The notes: a model not told the origin generated them from the sequence alone. 64,000 nt of DNA from Podospora anserina (GCA_017654855.1 CM030338.1:186001-250000), one strand, 5' to 3'. Positions 48,398-61,885 are shown, counted from the stretch's first letter. Program-made: numbers and translations.

Positions 48398-51265
48398 TCA
48401 CAAACTAGCACGGTGTGTAGCCTCCATATGGCCCCGTTTAATCCCCAACCTCACCCTCCTGATCCGGTCCATCTTATCCAACACCCTCGTCTCCAACCGC
48501 AACACGGTTTCCTTGTAGAAGGTCTGCGTGGTCCATTCGAATGAGCATCCCAGCGCCCTCTGCATGCCACCCTCACTTCCGCAAATGAGCAGGGCTTGGG
48601 GCGGCCTTCGAGCCTGGAACAACGTCGCCGTCATGCTGTACGTATCAACCAGCGTGAATACCTACGTGATGCCGTTAGTCAGACGTCTGCCATACAGGAA
48701 ACAAGAAAGGAAGCGACATACCCTCAAATCCCCCGGCCCAGCGTTCTTCGCCTCCTCCACCATCCTCCTCGTCTCCTCCACAACAGTGGGATCCTCACTC
48801 ACAATGTATCTGCCCTCCTCTTCGATCTTGTGCACCGCCAGCGGCGAGCTCGCATACCAGCTCCACTTCAGCCTGCCCATGTCGGCACCCCATATCTTGC
48901 GCTCAATCTCGCCGATGGGCATGTACCCCTCGAACCCGAAGAAGAAGGGCTGGACGCCCCAGAACTTGCCACCATAGAGGGTGCGGATGATGAAGGGGGA
49001 GGCCACCAGGATGGAGAGGGAATAGGCGAGGATAAATGCGCCAAATCCGCTGACTGGAGGCGAGGGGATCAGGGCAAGGATAGTGCCGACGATCAAAGGG
49101 ATGATGTTGACGCGCAGGAGCCACTTGAGGATGCGGCGGAAGAGGGCGGGATATGAGGTTGTGAGGGGAGTGCAGAATTCGGACCAGTGAACTGTGGCGG
49201 CGAGGCAGCCGTCAAGGATGATGGTATCGGTCTCGGGATTAAGCTGGGCATGGGAGTATTTTGGCTTTTGCTGCTGGGTGGAAGGACTCGGAAGTTCGGT
49301 CATTTCTGTGACGGTGGGGGACCAAGACTTTTGGAGGGGGGAGTTGTAAGCTGGATGCGAGATCGACGTGGGCGGGCTGAGGGGAGCTTGGCTTTGGAAC
49401 GAGACCTGAGAGCGGGAGGCAAGATGGGTTCGTGGCTGGCTTGCAACTGAAGGGGGGTATTGCCGCTTGGAGTGGGATAGGGGACTGGGTGGGAGGACCT
49501 TCTCGGAAGTAACCCCGTCATCATCTCGGTGGAAGAATTCCTGGTCAAATTCGCGCTCATTTACCGCGTCCATCTCGGCTTCCTGTTCGTTGTAAACTCC
49601 GATGCCAGCCACCTGGACGCTGGGCTCAATGTCCCAAAGTCGGGCACCATACACGTCGGTTGTGTCGTACCACACCTGCTCTTCATGTTGCAACAAGCAA
49701 AGCATCCTCTCAAACAGTCGGTTGTTGTAATTCTCGAGAGACAAGCGAGCGAACGCGAGGAAGGCAGAGTCACTTCGGTGAACTGATGGCCGTCTGCCCA
49801 ACAATCCCATGAGTGCATAGGAGTAGTCACCAGGGAGGTACTGAGTCCCGGCTTGACGGGAGCTGAAGCATTCCAAAGCAACTGTGGTGAGCTCGAGATC
49901 GCTCAGTTTGAGGTTGCCGGAGTAGTGGTCGATCAAGCGACGAACCTGGTAGCGATCTCTCGACGTCTCGAGACACCGGGCAGCAAACTGGTTCTTCGGA
50001 ATGATTTGCTTCCGAATTGTGCCATATGGCGATGCTGAAGAATCCCGGAACGGGTCGGAGGCCTTGGCTGACGGCTCTTCCTCATGATCGGAGAAGTAGT
50101 AGCATGTTATCGTGGACCCTTTGCTGAGGAGAAGTTCTGGAAAGGTCCAGATGGACTGAGACCAAGAAGACAAGAGGGCGTAGCAGGGGTCCTTGTCGCT
50201 GTTCATGTCGGCCGAAGTATCCTCATCAGACAGTCTGCCGAGAGCTATCGCCATACCGCTCGAACTTCGTACAATGTCACTCATTCTCCAGACGTCCAGA
50301 GACAACTCCTCCTCAGGCGCTGTGAAGCAGTTGTCACTGATCCAATAGCAGCTCAAACCTGCCTCCTTGGTTGCACGCCGGGCCAGCTCATGGAGGGCTT
50401 CTTTGTCTTGGAGATTCTCTGTTTGGAACTGAGAGACTCTCCAGGCAACGAAGAGATACTCGGGACAATGCTTTGCGTTCTGTTTCATCCACTTCAAGAT
50501 GTCAGTTGGCATGGCGAGTTCACGGGTGGGTGTGGTGACAAACCTGCTTGACGTCGGTGGACTGATACGCCTGGTACTCTTCACCATCCTGGACAACAAC
50601 CTGCGGCTTCGTATCCAACCAACACAGACACCGAGGTAGCAAGATGCGCTCAGTTCTCTCCGATACCGCACGGGGAGTCTTCTCAGAAGGGGGGGCGGCA
50701 AAAATGGCAGGTCTTTCTGTGACGGTCTTTTGGAACTGGATCTCTCCCTGATGGATACTGTTATCCAGGGGGTTGCGGCTAGTTTTCGGGCGTCCAAAGT
50801 ATCGGTACGGCACAGCATCATAGTTCCCGCCATTCCTTACCTCTCCTCCTCCAGGTCTCACAGCAAGTTCTGCTTGACAGTCAGCCTTCCTATCTCTTGT
50901 GTGGGGTGGGCAAAGTATCTCACCAAGAACAGCATCAAGGGTGTGATGGCAAGAGTTCGTCCGATAACTTGAGCAATGTCGCCAAAGCTGTACTCTTTGA
51001 TTGGCTTGTTGACGTCGTCAACGTGACCAAACACCCAGTTGGATACCTTGAGGGGTGTGGGCCCGACATTCTTGATCTGTTTGCGCTTCCAGGTGCTGCC
51101 GCCTTTGCCGTTGCGAACATCATCGGTTGCCTGGACTTTGAGCTTGATGAATCTGCCACTGTTGTAGGAGATGGTGCAATCCGAGTAAACATCACTGTAC
51201 GTCCGGCCAAAGACATCTCGGGACTTGTGCCGGGTCAGCTGGGTGTATTTGTGTGTCGGGGTCAT
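48398..51265 (-). pseudogene. Fungal membrane-associated protein with HET-like domain; apparent 1-nt frameshift after intron 1; 5' end uncertain
   Basis: Introns 50923-50870, 50543-50492 and 48721-48662; HET-like motifs EYLFVAW, AGLSCYWISDNC, DVWRMSDIVR, WSQSIWTFPELLL; two hydrophobic helices near 49000-49120; splicing of intron 1 gives AAC TTG CTG TGA, one base off the downstream coding frame. Confidence 0.65.
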
Positions 51266-51417
51266 TGTGACGAGAGACGGGCAAGGCACAGGGCCTAACG
51301 GTGGGCCACTTGGGCTTTGCTCCCGGTTTGAGCAGCGGATTGGGTGTTGGATTGTGCAGTTGATGTCGGCTTGGGTCCACCTGCAAAGGTGGATGGAGGT
51401 GCTTGCTGAGGGCGTGT

Positions 51418-51465
51418 CTGCTCGGTGGGGGGCTGCTCAGTAGGGGGCTGCTCGGTAGGGGGCTG
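51418..51465 (-). repeat. 15-bp tandem repeat x3 (reads QPPTE in one minus frame)
   Basis: cagccccctaccgag / cagccccctactgag / cagccccccaccgag on the minus strand. Confidence 0.85.
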
Positions 51466-52301
51466 CTGAACTTTTCGTCGTTGAAACCTGGGTTTTGCTC
51501 TGGACAGTCCGTTTGACGATTGGCCGTGGAGGCGGTCAGGGGCTGGCCATCCAGGAGCCTGAGGTCAGTGTCAGCTTGTGTGACCAGTGGCGGGGCTCAA
51601 TGGAGGATATATACTTGCCATTCCAATGCTTGTTGCTGGGGCTTTGGTGCAACAGATCACTCTAGAGTGTTCCCACTTGCAACAGAACAAGCGGAATGTG
51701 AGTGGCGGGCAGGGTGGTGCAGGACGACGGTAAGAGCGTCCATGGGATCGAGCGGCTGAGGATGTGCACCTAGATATAATTTCCTTTAGGTGTTGCCATG
51801 AGTTTCGAACGAGCCATGGCTCGCTTGTTCCTGAGCTGAGCATACACACCACACACCATACCTTAAACGCCAAAGGCTGAGTGCTCGAGACACACCACAC
51901 CGAAATCAGCGAAAATAGTATGCACCCTTTAATCTCCTGATGCATCAAGTATGCCTAATGGGACTGTCAGCTCGCTAGCGCCAGAGGAAGATGGTTTTAT
52001 CGAAGGACACAATCTCATAATTCTGCATGTTGGGTGGTATCACGACAGCTAGCCGGGCGCGATGTCTTGGCCTACCATGGTGAATAAAGGGGGCAGTCTC
52101 TCAGCTGAACTGATGAGCGCTTAGTGGCTCATGCTATGGGCTTGGAAACATGCAGGCCTTCATTTTTCGGAATTTGCCGAGCCTCGTCCTCACCGACACG
52201 TTTGTGACAGTTTGGAGGGCTTCTTCTCTGTTCGTGTTGAGTCCTGTTGCAAGAACGGACTGTCCGCTGCCGTCAAGAAGCAGGTTTTCCACGTTTCAAA
52301 A

Positions 52302-53928
52302 ATGTCACTATTCTTGGACAGAAGATTGTATCTTGAGCGCTTTCAACAAGATCGTCCCGCGCAAGGCGACGAATATGGTTGCACGCTCCTTCAGTGGCCC
52401 GGTGGTGAGTGCCCCAGGGCCATGGCCAGTTAAAGCCAACCGTGTTGGATCTTAATGTTCTTCACAGCAACGACAGGTACACTTTGCCGGGATCACCTCA
52501 CCCGAGCGACCGAGATTACAGCTTTCCCTGAAAGCGAACTTACTATTGTGTCAGTATTTTTCCGCTATCTCTCTATCTTGGTCACCTGCTCATGAAATTC
52601 GATAGCCTTGCTCCCATAGACGATCCGTCCCCTGACAGTCTTGCAGGCTTTGAGGCTTTGGTTGAGCGATATGATATCCCAGGTGCATTTCTTGAAGAAA
52701 GAACGCAAGGAGTCTTGAACTCATTTGGTTATATTCCAGAAGGCCCCGGGTCATACTGTTAGTATTCTGCTCAAAACCAAAACCGCTCTCTCTTAGTTAT
52801 AATTATGCTCACCTAAACACACAAGGTGTTTGGACACACTTTCTCCTCAAGGACATTGAACGAAATGAGACGTCGGGCGCCATTGAAATCTCTACAAAGC
52901 CTCAACGAAAGCCCCTGAATACCCGCCTTGTGAACTATTTTCGACGCATGTTTCTCTCTTCAAAAGCACCAACCACGACCTCAGCTCAGCAATTCGAAAT
53001 GCACCAACCGCGAATGTCCTACATTGAGACAAACAAAGACGATGCTGATGACTATCTGCCAAGCTGGACGTCGAGGTCCTTTTTTCTTCGTGTAACCAAC
53101 CACGGCGGTAACAATGCAAGAATCACGCTCCTCTGCTTTGAGCCCTCGCCTTTCTTAGAAGAGGAGCTCGTCAATTTGCCCCAACGCATCGATTGTAGTC
53201 AGATCATGGCGAATCCGTTCATTCTTCTCGAGATGATCATGTATGACTTGTACATGCAGCTCGATATCAATCTCTGGGAACTGCGCGACATCTTTCAGGT
53301 TGAGCAAAAGCACTTTGGTTACCTCACCGCCAATCCAACACTCCCACTGGCAGACATTGACTTTTCGGCTCTCCATCTTCTGGCAGACTACATCATCATG
53401 CTTCGAGAGGGATGCCATGGTTTACTGAGCACCGTTGACGCAATTGTTGATCACTATCAAAAGTACAGCACGGTTGAGGATGCTATCCTGCGAGACAAAA
53501 CATACGAGGCATTCAAATATCGCCGTCGTCTTGTCGCTTCGACGTCCGAACGTGCCGGCACATTCGAGAAACGGATCAACAACCTGACGACTCTCTTTTT
53601 CAACCATATCTCCCAGCAAGACAATGCAATGCTGATGAGGGACAGCTCAAGCGTCAAGGCCATCGCTGTCGTCACCCTGGTTTTCCTCCCTATAACGACA
53701 GTTGCGACTGTATGCGGCTCCGAGTTTTTCTACACGAGGTCAGAAGGGGGGATCAGAATGGATCCCACAGCATGGATCATGTTTGGGCTTTCTGCTGTGC
53801 TGAGTTTGGTGTTGCTGTGGATGTGGAATTTCTACACGCAAAGTTTGGAAGAAAAGTTCGCGCGAGGAAGAAGAAGAGCCATGAATGGGAGAGGAAAACA
53901 GGATGGGAAACTGGTCTTTTCTGCATAG
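52302..53928 (+). CDS. CorA-like C-terminal two-TM domain protein (4 exons)
   Basis: Three introns join in frame to ORF 52930-53928; helical region then RDSSSVKAIAVVTLVFLPITTVATVCGSEFF and a second TM helix; no GMN signature. Confidence 0.78.
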
Positions 53929-53968
53929 ACGCAGAGTTGAAGTCCCTCCCTCCCTAGGTAGCGAGCTC

Positions 53969-54459
53969 CTACTGCGCTCCTGTACCGAGACTCACAAGCT
54001 TCCAGTAAACTCTCTCAAACCTCAAGCTCCTTATAAACCAGTCATCACCGACCTTGACCCAGACTTCGTGATAGTATCTGCGCCAGTCCCATGAAACCCC
54101 CTCGTTTCCTCACCATCGCCAACATGAAAGATAACGCTCCAGATTGCCTTCATTTCCTTCCCATCTTTCCCGTCCACAAAGTAGAGCTCCCCCGGTCCCA
54201 CAGAGTGAATGTACTGCAAGTCCTTGTTTCGTTCCTCAAAGTAATTAAGAAACGCGTCGCGATGGGAAAATGACATGCACTGGCCCCCCTCGGTCATTGG
54301 AATATCGGGGGTGAGGGCATCAACAAATGTGAATGTGGCTTCAGGGAGAGCAAACTCGGAGAATCGACGCCATTGTTTGGTATCTGCGGATCGACAGTAG
54401 AGAGCCTTTTTACGATGAATAAGCTCGGCAATCTCGTAGGGGACGATGTTAGTGGCCAT
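53969..54459 (-). pseudogene. SnoaL/NTF2-like fold protein (bile-acid 7-alpha-dehydratase-like), frameshifted
   Basis: IHRKKALYCRSADTKQW, IHSVGPGEL, KAIWSV; a 1-nt deletion near 54078 separates GTGA from YYHEVWVKVGDDWFIRSLRFERVYW in the next frame. Confidence 0.8.
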
Positions 54460-55416
54460 TATGGCTTGGCTGGAAGGTTTCTGTCTTGACTGGCTTTTCT
54501 CTGCTTTGATGGAAGAGTCTGAGCGTAACCAATTTTTAGGTATAGTAGATACCTTGTCTCGTCGAGGTTGAACCCCGCTTCTCGATGGAGTTGTAACACA
54601 CGGTGAACAGCTGAATGAGTGAGACAGGTACACACAAGTCACGGTAGTAACGTGATTGGGCTGATCGACAATATATTTCCCCGCTTGGGAGTTTTGCATC
54701 CCCCTCAGGTGTTGAAACCTGAAATGTGCAGGATACCTACCGTGAGTCGAGGCAGTTGCTCACTACTCTCTCCATCCGTATCTCATCTCTTTTTAAAACA
54801 ATTTGCCTGATCTTTGGAAAATTTGGGCGTTTGACACCTAGTCAGCTTTACTGAGAGTTGAGAGCATATACCTAGGTACCAATTTGCTGCGTTGGTGGTT
54901 TCCTGCGAATTCAACCGACCATTTACACTTCTTGATTGTAATCGAGAAAAGGAATCCCTTGTGGCTCCAGATCCTTTCGTGTAATATAAGGCTAAGAGGA
55001 GTACAAGCGAAGAAATTAAAGCACATAAATACTTACACCATTAGGGTTGGCGCAGCAGCCATCACGAATCCCTTGGCTTTGACAGCTAGCACATTCGAGA
55101 TGATACAATTGGCTGTCAGCTGGTAAGGCTGCGCAAGATCCAGCTGTTAATTTTATTTGCCGTATGCATTGCCTTATTTTGTGCATCTCATTTGTTTACC
55201 GACTCCCTATAAGGCCACCAAGATGGAGCTGTGTCTGGCCTCACCCTTGGCAGCCATGTCGCTTCTCATGATTACCACGTCCGCCCCTGAGTGTCTGAAA
55301 CTACCCTTTCTTGACAGATAACAGCGACCTCTCGCTGTACCCCGAGTTTCAGCTATCATCTCTCCTCTCTTCAACACTTCACACCGGGCATTGTTTCCAG
55401 TCTCTGGTGTTTTACA

Positions 55417-57398
55417 ATGCTGGTTCTTACCAAGAGGGTATCGCCATATCGTGCGGCTACTTTCTTTCTCATACTTTGCAGGTGTGGGGTTGAAACAAGG
55501 ATATCAAATACTCCCTCCACAGAGAACTTTGTTAGAAGATCTGGGGTAACAGGTAGGTTCGCTTCGTGTTAGCCACACCTTCTGTTTGCGTCCTTGCATT
55601 TGTATTCTGACTTTGAGCCCTGTTTAGCTGTTCTTCTAGGGGATTACGTTTACATCGATGGAGGCAACATATCCCGGCTGGACGACGGTGTAATACCTAA
55701 GGAAGGAAGGCACCTAGTCAACACGACGATATCCATCGACATGTCCCAGCCGTGGAAGAGCGAGTCCGTGGCCTTGCGAGAGATTTCCAGGTTCAACGAA
55801 GGCGTACAATGTAGAACAAGGGGCGCCATTTGGGCGAACGCTGAGAAAGGCGAGTTTTGGATTTGGGGTGGCTACCTGCCAAAAATTGCTGATGGCATGA
55901 ATGACACGTTTATCTGGAAATTTACCGCCGACGGTTGGGGCGGTGGCTCTTGGGCTAAGGAAACCCCTTTAAACTTCGAAAAGCTTCCCAGTTTGCAGCA
56001 AACGAAAGATAGTGCGTTTATGGTAGCTCACGACAAGGGCTATGTTCTGGGGGGTGTAGGAAGCTGGCTACCGTCGGACGAAGATGCAGGCCCCGGAATG
56101 GTAACCTACGATTTTAGATCCAAGGTGGTGGACAACGGGACAGGCCCTGCCATTGGCATCTTGGGTAAACCAGCCACATTGACAGGAGCAAACCTCCTGT
56201 TTATGCCAGGGTATAACATGCCAAACGGGCTTGGTTTGGTCCTTGGGGGGCATGCTCTTGCTACTTTCGATGGAACAGCAAAGGTTGAGGAGTCGCATCC
56301 ACTGGACTTGCACAATCTGACATTCTTTGATCCGGTAACCAACGAACAGTACTGGCAGCTGACAACAGGACACATACCTCCCTCTCCCCGCTCACGCGCT
56401 TGTGTCGCTGGACCCTTCCGCACACCTGGAGGAAATTACGATTTGTAGGTAGACGTTTCAGTCTTGTCTCATCTCATATTGTGTTCACTCTAATGCAATT
56501 GCTAACACGTATATTTGACAAGATTTCTTTTCGGCGGAGAAAACAAACCGACATACACTCGGTATGATGATGCCTACGTTTTGAGCCTTCCTGGCTTCGT
56601 TTGGACCAAAGTGCCATCCCCAGCGCCGGGGGGGTCGCGTGCTTACCACTCTTGCTTGTCTGTTGGAAGAAACCAAGTGCTGAGTGTCGGTGGGACGCGT
56701 GGTGGAGGCTTTGATAATGACTGGAGGTCTCCCGACCCTGTGCCCCAAGGCTTGCTTTTGTTCAACATGACCTCTCTGAGATGGCAACTTGAGTACTTCG
56801 TCGAAGGCGACCTTGTTTCGGGATATGAGCGAGCAAGCACTATCAGGAATTGGTACCAAAACGGGTTCGTCTAAGACCTATACCCCTTACCTTTTTTTTT
56901 TAGGAAGTTTTGAACTAACCGCAGTCAACAAGTTCACTGGATCGTGTCCAATGGTCTTCAGAGAAGGTGCAAAGAATGTTTGGGGGCTCAGGGGCGGTGA
57001 AAAGCACTGTGCCAGATGTATCAGATTCGGATGCATCGCCTTCCAACACTACCATCAATGTCGCAACAGCCACTGTAACATCTGAACCTAATCCGTCAAC
57101 GATACCATTAGCAACAGTAGTGGGTGGCATATGCGGAGCTTTTGCTCTAGCTTTTGTTGTTTCTGTCTTGGGCTGGTTCATTTACCGTTCGAGACAGAAA
57201 CGAGCACCGGTGAAAGAGACAGATAAATGGCCAAGGAGTCAGGATAAGTGCATTGAGACAGGGCCGGATGGATATTACGTCTACGGGATTCCAGGCGAGT
57301 TACAGGGTACCACTGTACGGGACAGTTCAATGAACTGGCCAGCGCAAGAGCTTGACTCGGGCCATCAGTATCCCGAGCTGTCTGATGGCCGGTCATAG
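55417..57398 (+). CDS. Kelch-repeat (beta-propeller) single-pass cell-surface protein (4 exons)
   Basis: YVYIDGG, FWIWGG, YVLGG, FLFGG..YVLSLPGFVW and QVLSVGG repeats; Ser/Thr stalk, TM VVGGICGAFALAFVVSVLGWFI, cytosolic xEL motifs; exons in frame. Confidence 0.83.
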
Positions 57399-57594
57399 GG
57401 TGTGGATATATGTTATGCAAAGAGTATCAACTTCTTGGAGAGTGGAACACTGGAATCTCAAACTTGTGTTTGATATCGGCGTCAACCACGCTTATTATCG
57501 GGTATTTGGCCACGAGATGGCATAAGAGACCATGTAGAGGTGCATACCATCGTCGTATTGTAAGATCAAGTATATCGGGTTGAGCGAGGCTTGT

Positions 57595-59357
57595 TTAACT
57601 CATGCCTGTAAAAGCCCAAGGATTAACTAACGTTACCCTCTTTTTAAATCTCATCTCCCCGATCTCATCATTATCATTGACTTCACCGTCAACACCTCCT
57701 CCCTCAAGAACGCGCACCCCAACACTCCCACACTCAGCGACAGTTCCATTTCCACTCCCCAACCCCAGCTGCATCCCGCAACCAGCCCACTCCCTCACCT
57801 CACCCACATCAGTCCCGTTCCTCATCGCCCCACAGCTCAGTCCCCCATCTTGTGTACACCCCAAGGCAACATAATCATCGCCCCAAACATCCAACATCTC
57901 TTTGCTCACCATCCATATCTCGCCTCTTTGCCCTTCTTTTACCCCAATAGCCGCCACATAAGGTCTTTGCTCCTCCGTCTCATCCACCAGCCCGACAACG
58001 CAAAGGTAACCACCCGCTTCAATGCTAAACCGGCTCGCTTGAGAGCTGCGTGAGCCAAACAAAAGAGCGCGGGCGGACAGGTGGACGAACCAGTTGTCGA
58101 ATGGGGTTGAAGGGTAGGATATCTGCAAGGAGAAAGGCGCCGAGGATTCACCGCACGAGGTCGGAAAGATTGCAGTCGGGGTCGGAATCGATGACGTTGT
58201 GGTTGTGTTGGCCCAGCGAACGGTGGTGTTGGCAAATGTAAAGGTCGTGTTGGCTGTGAAGAGTCGAGGCCCGGTGGTCAGTGCTGCTGTGGGGGTGGCT
58301 CTGGTGGTGTTGAGCCACAAGGGACGAGAAGAGGTGGTGTTTGACAGGTGGGAGAGGCCTGTTCCAGTGGCAGTTCCTGTGAGAAGAGCTACCTTGTGGG
58401 CTTGAAGGGAGGTGGTGTTGGTGCGGGAAAAGAAGCCGGGGGCCGTGATGTTGAGTCGCCAGAATGGGAGGTGAAAGCCCTGCGAGGGCTTCGCGGATGC
58501 AGTGGTGGTGTTGAGGTAGCGGCCCGTCTGGCTGATGTGTGAAAGAGAGCCACCTGCTGAGATGCTGCCTTTTTCTGCGGTGGTTACTGTGATCAGAGTC
58601 GTGGTGTTCATCACATACACCACTGGACTCTTGCTTGGACTTGTTGATGAGACGGTGGTGTTCAAAAAGCGGCCTGTCGGTGAAGTTCTCTCCGTGTTTG
58701 GACTTGCTCCGGTTAATCGAGTCTGTGGTCGGGCTGTTTCTTGGGATGAGCTTGTTGCTAGTGATGATGACAACTTGAGTGCTTCGAGAGTCTTTGAAGT
58801 AACTGGCAGTCGGCTACTATTGTTCAAAGAGCTGCCCAATTTTTTCGAGCTTACCGTTCGAGTTATCATCAAGGTGGCAGTCGACGATCGGATGGTTGAA
58901 GTGGTTGTCACACGCGTGATGCTCACACAGGAACATGACGAGGCAAAGTCTGCGATCGACGAACAGAGGATTGTTGGAGCTACACCCGAGGTCAGGTTCG
59001 AGAGAAACCCATCCTTCGTGTATTTGTCCTTCCACAGTTTTCCATATCTGTTATCCGTCGCCAGTGTGCCATTCTTGGGTGAACTGGTTGGGTTGAAGGA
59101 CTTGGTAGTTGTCGCGGTGTCAGACTGAGAACCGGTGAGAGTGACTGTCACAGTTCTTCATCGAGGCTTGTATCAGTAAATTTTCTTCTTGCTTGGAAAA
59201 TAGCAGGTCGTTCATACCGTCCTGCGACTTTGGTGGTGATTTGGGAGGTCAAAATGCATTCAGGTATAAAGCTCGACCGAGTCGAGTTGTTTCCCGCTGC
59301 AAAGACGATGGCATTCGAGAAAGACCCAGCCCAAAAGACTAAGGAGAAGAGTTTCAT
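57595..59357 (-). CDS. Secreted Ser/Thr-rich, heavily N-glycosylatable protein with C-terminal Cys-containing domain (2 exons)
   Basis: Signal peptide MKLFSLVFWAGSFSNAIVFA; GTATGA intron joins to ORF 57595-59151; many NTT/NxT sequons. Confidence 0.75.
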
Positions 59358-59894
59358 GTCTGCGTTCTCTCAGCACTTAGTCTTGCATTATCGTGATGAT
59401 CTCCGTCGACGGCGCCGTGAAGAACTGAAGATCAATCCCCCACCAGACGCGACCTGCGCGTGCAGAAACACTTTAAATGACAGACATGGAGCAACGCCTT
59501 GTTTTTAAGAATTCCATGTTTCTGCTTCCAAGAAACCGGTTCTATGACGGAAGTCGACTGTTTTTTGGTTTCCTTCAGATTGCGTCCCCTTGCTCTTAGT
59601 TGCGGTCTTATACCCGGCGTCCAATGACGCCCCTGGGTGCCCCTGGCGGATGTTGATCATTGCCCGTCTTGGCCACACTCTGATCAAATACACCATATTA
59701 CCATCGAGAGCTCAATCGTAATTTTTCTCTCTATAGTTATTATGCGTCAGGCCAACCCGGCACAGATTAAATAACCCAACAACGCTGGAATACTAAAGAT
59801 TGACCAAGCAATGATAAATAATTGCTAGTGATATAGAGTGAACGCCCAGCGGCTCAGCCAGCTGATCGCTACGACAGGGGATAACCCCTGTAAA

Positions 59895-59979
59895 TCTTCC
59901 GTAGTATAGTGGTCAGTATGTGAGCTTGTCATTAACACCGACTTCGCTCGAGACCCGGGTTCAATTCCCGGCGGGAGAG
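59895..59979 (+). tRNA. tRNA-Asp (GTC), intron-containing
   Basis: TCTTCCG/CGGGAGA acceptor stem, TGAGC/GCTCG anticodon stem with TT-GTC-A loop and short intron, T arm CCGGG-TTCAATT-CCCGG, T-run terminator downstream. Confidence 0.95.
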
Positions 59980-60667
59980 ATCATAACTTTTTTGCATTTT
60001 TGCCAACGAAACCGTCTCTGTTTCGGTCACAATCCTAACCCTAGTGGAATTTCTTCTTTTGTTCTAGGCCCGACGCGGGTCCCGCTTTGCCATGTATGTG
60101 CCGGCAGCGGGTTTTAGCGGGAATTTGGCGGGGAAGCCGTTGTCACAAGCTTCTGTTGTTCTCGAAGCATGGAACGGCCAGTGATCATCAAAGCAGCGCT
60201 TCACTCGTCCCATTTTCCCAATCGGAAGACGGCGAATGGCGCGAGGTGACTCAGCCATTCAGGCAGATGTGCTCCATGGCTTCCCGGGGATGCAACGGCC
60301 TGATCTCCTGGATAAGTCAACGCGACCGCGCTTCACCGTCCTCCTTCCTGTTGCGGGCTGAGGGGCCTTATCGTCGGTGAAGCTCTCTCCATCGCCAAGT
60401 ACCGTAGTGCCGATTTTTTGTGGCAGTCGCCTTCTCATTGCCAGACCAGCAACACAGGCAAACCTTGCCGCTGTTGATCAAATAATAAAACCGAGACTTT
60501 TTTTCTCCCCATTTCCTTCTTTTATTATTATTCTCACTCATTCACTTTTACTCACCATCCGCCTTCACAGACACCTCACTCCCATCCGTCCATCGGTAGC
60601 TGCTTCTTATCGCACACCCCGCAGTACCATTCGTCATTAAAAAACTGACCCTGCCACCGTTACAAAC

Positions 60668-61885
60668 ATGGCCGAATCTCAGGAGCTGTCCATGGACCTC
60701 CCCGTTATTGACCTCGACGTCTTCCTTCACAACCCCCGTGACTCTGCTGAAGTGCAGGCAGAATGCGTCAAAGCCGCCAACGCTCTCATCACCTACGGCG
60801 CACTGGTGCTCCACGATTCGCGCGTGTCTGAGGATGACAACACCACTTTCCTTGACCTCCTGGAAGATTACTTCGCCCAACCAGAAGAAGATCTCAAAAA
60901 GGATGAGCGCCCTGAGCTCAGCTACCAGATTGGTGTCACGCTCGAGAACACCGAAAAGCCCAAGTGCGCCGTCGATGAGCCATGCCTGAACGTGATCGAG
61001 AGACTCGCCCCTTCAGAGCGCCCCTTGGATATCAAGGGCCACGAACCCGACCCGAAGTGCAGATTCTTCTGGAGAATGGTCGAGGCCCCTCCATATGAGA
61101 CTCAGTTCCCAGGCTTGAACGCCGACAACATCACTCCTGATGCGCCCCATATCAAGGAGAGATGGGGACCAGTCATGAACCAGTGGGGAACATCCATGAA
61201 GAATGCGTAAGTCCTTGCAATTTTTTGTGATTTTAGATGTCCAAAGTATGTTGCTAACATTGGCTATTGCTGCAGCGTGGAAGGCCTCACCCAGATGGCC
61301 GCCGTTGGCCTTGGCCTCCCAGCCGACACCTTCAAGGATGCTGGCCGCTACGGCCCTCATCTCCTGGCCCCTACTGCCTCTGATCTCCAAAAGTATGGCA
61401 AGGTCAACACGATCCTCGCCGGCTTCCACACCGATCTTAACTTTCTCACCATCCACGGTCGCTCCCGCTATCCCGGCCTCCACATCTGGGCTCGCAACAC
61501 AGGAAAAAAGATCCCAGTCAAGATCCCGCAGGGCAACTACTTGCTGGTCCAAGCCGGTAAGCAGCTCGAGCACATCACCGGTGGCCTTATCAAGGCTGGC
61601 TTCCACGAGGTCGTGGTCAACGAGAGCACCGTCAAGGTAATCAACGATCGCAAGGAGAAATTCCCCAACAGGCCACTCGTGAGAATCAGCAGCACCTTCT
61701 TCTGGCACTTGTCCAGCGATTACGACTTGTTGCCCATCCCCGAGCTGAAGGAAAAGGCCAAGGAGGTCCGAGCTGCCCAGTTCAACTTGGGCAAGGATGA
61801 GGGCGAGGAGGTCGAGTACCCTGCTCTCAAGGTCGGAGAGCAGGTGTCCAATGAGCTGAGGCACATTGCGCTCATGGCGAAATAA
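60668..61885 (+). CDS. 2-oxoglutarate/Fe(II)-dependent oxygenase (isopenicillin N synthase-like), 2 exons
   Basis: LPVIDL start, HTD..FLT, distal His (GFHEVV), RISS; intron 61207-61275. Confidence 0.9.

Noticed and set aside
59874..59892. acagggg-ataa-cccctgt resembling an I-SceI site or a terminator
   Set aside because: Does not match TAGGGATAACAGGGTAAT; only a short palindrome upstream of tRNA-Asp with no support for function
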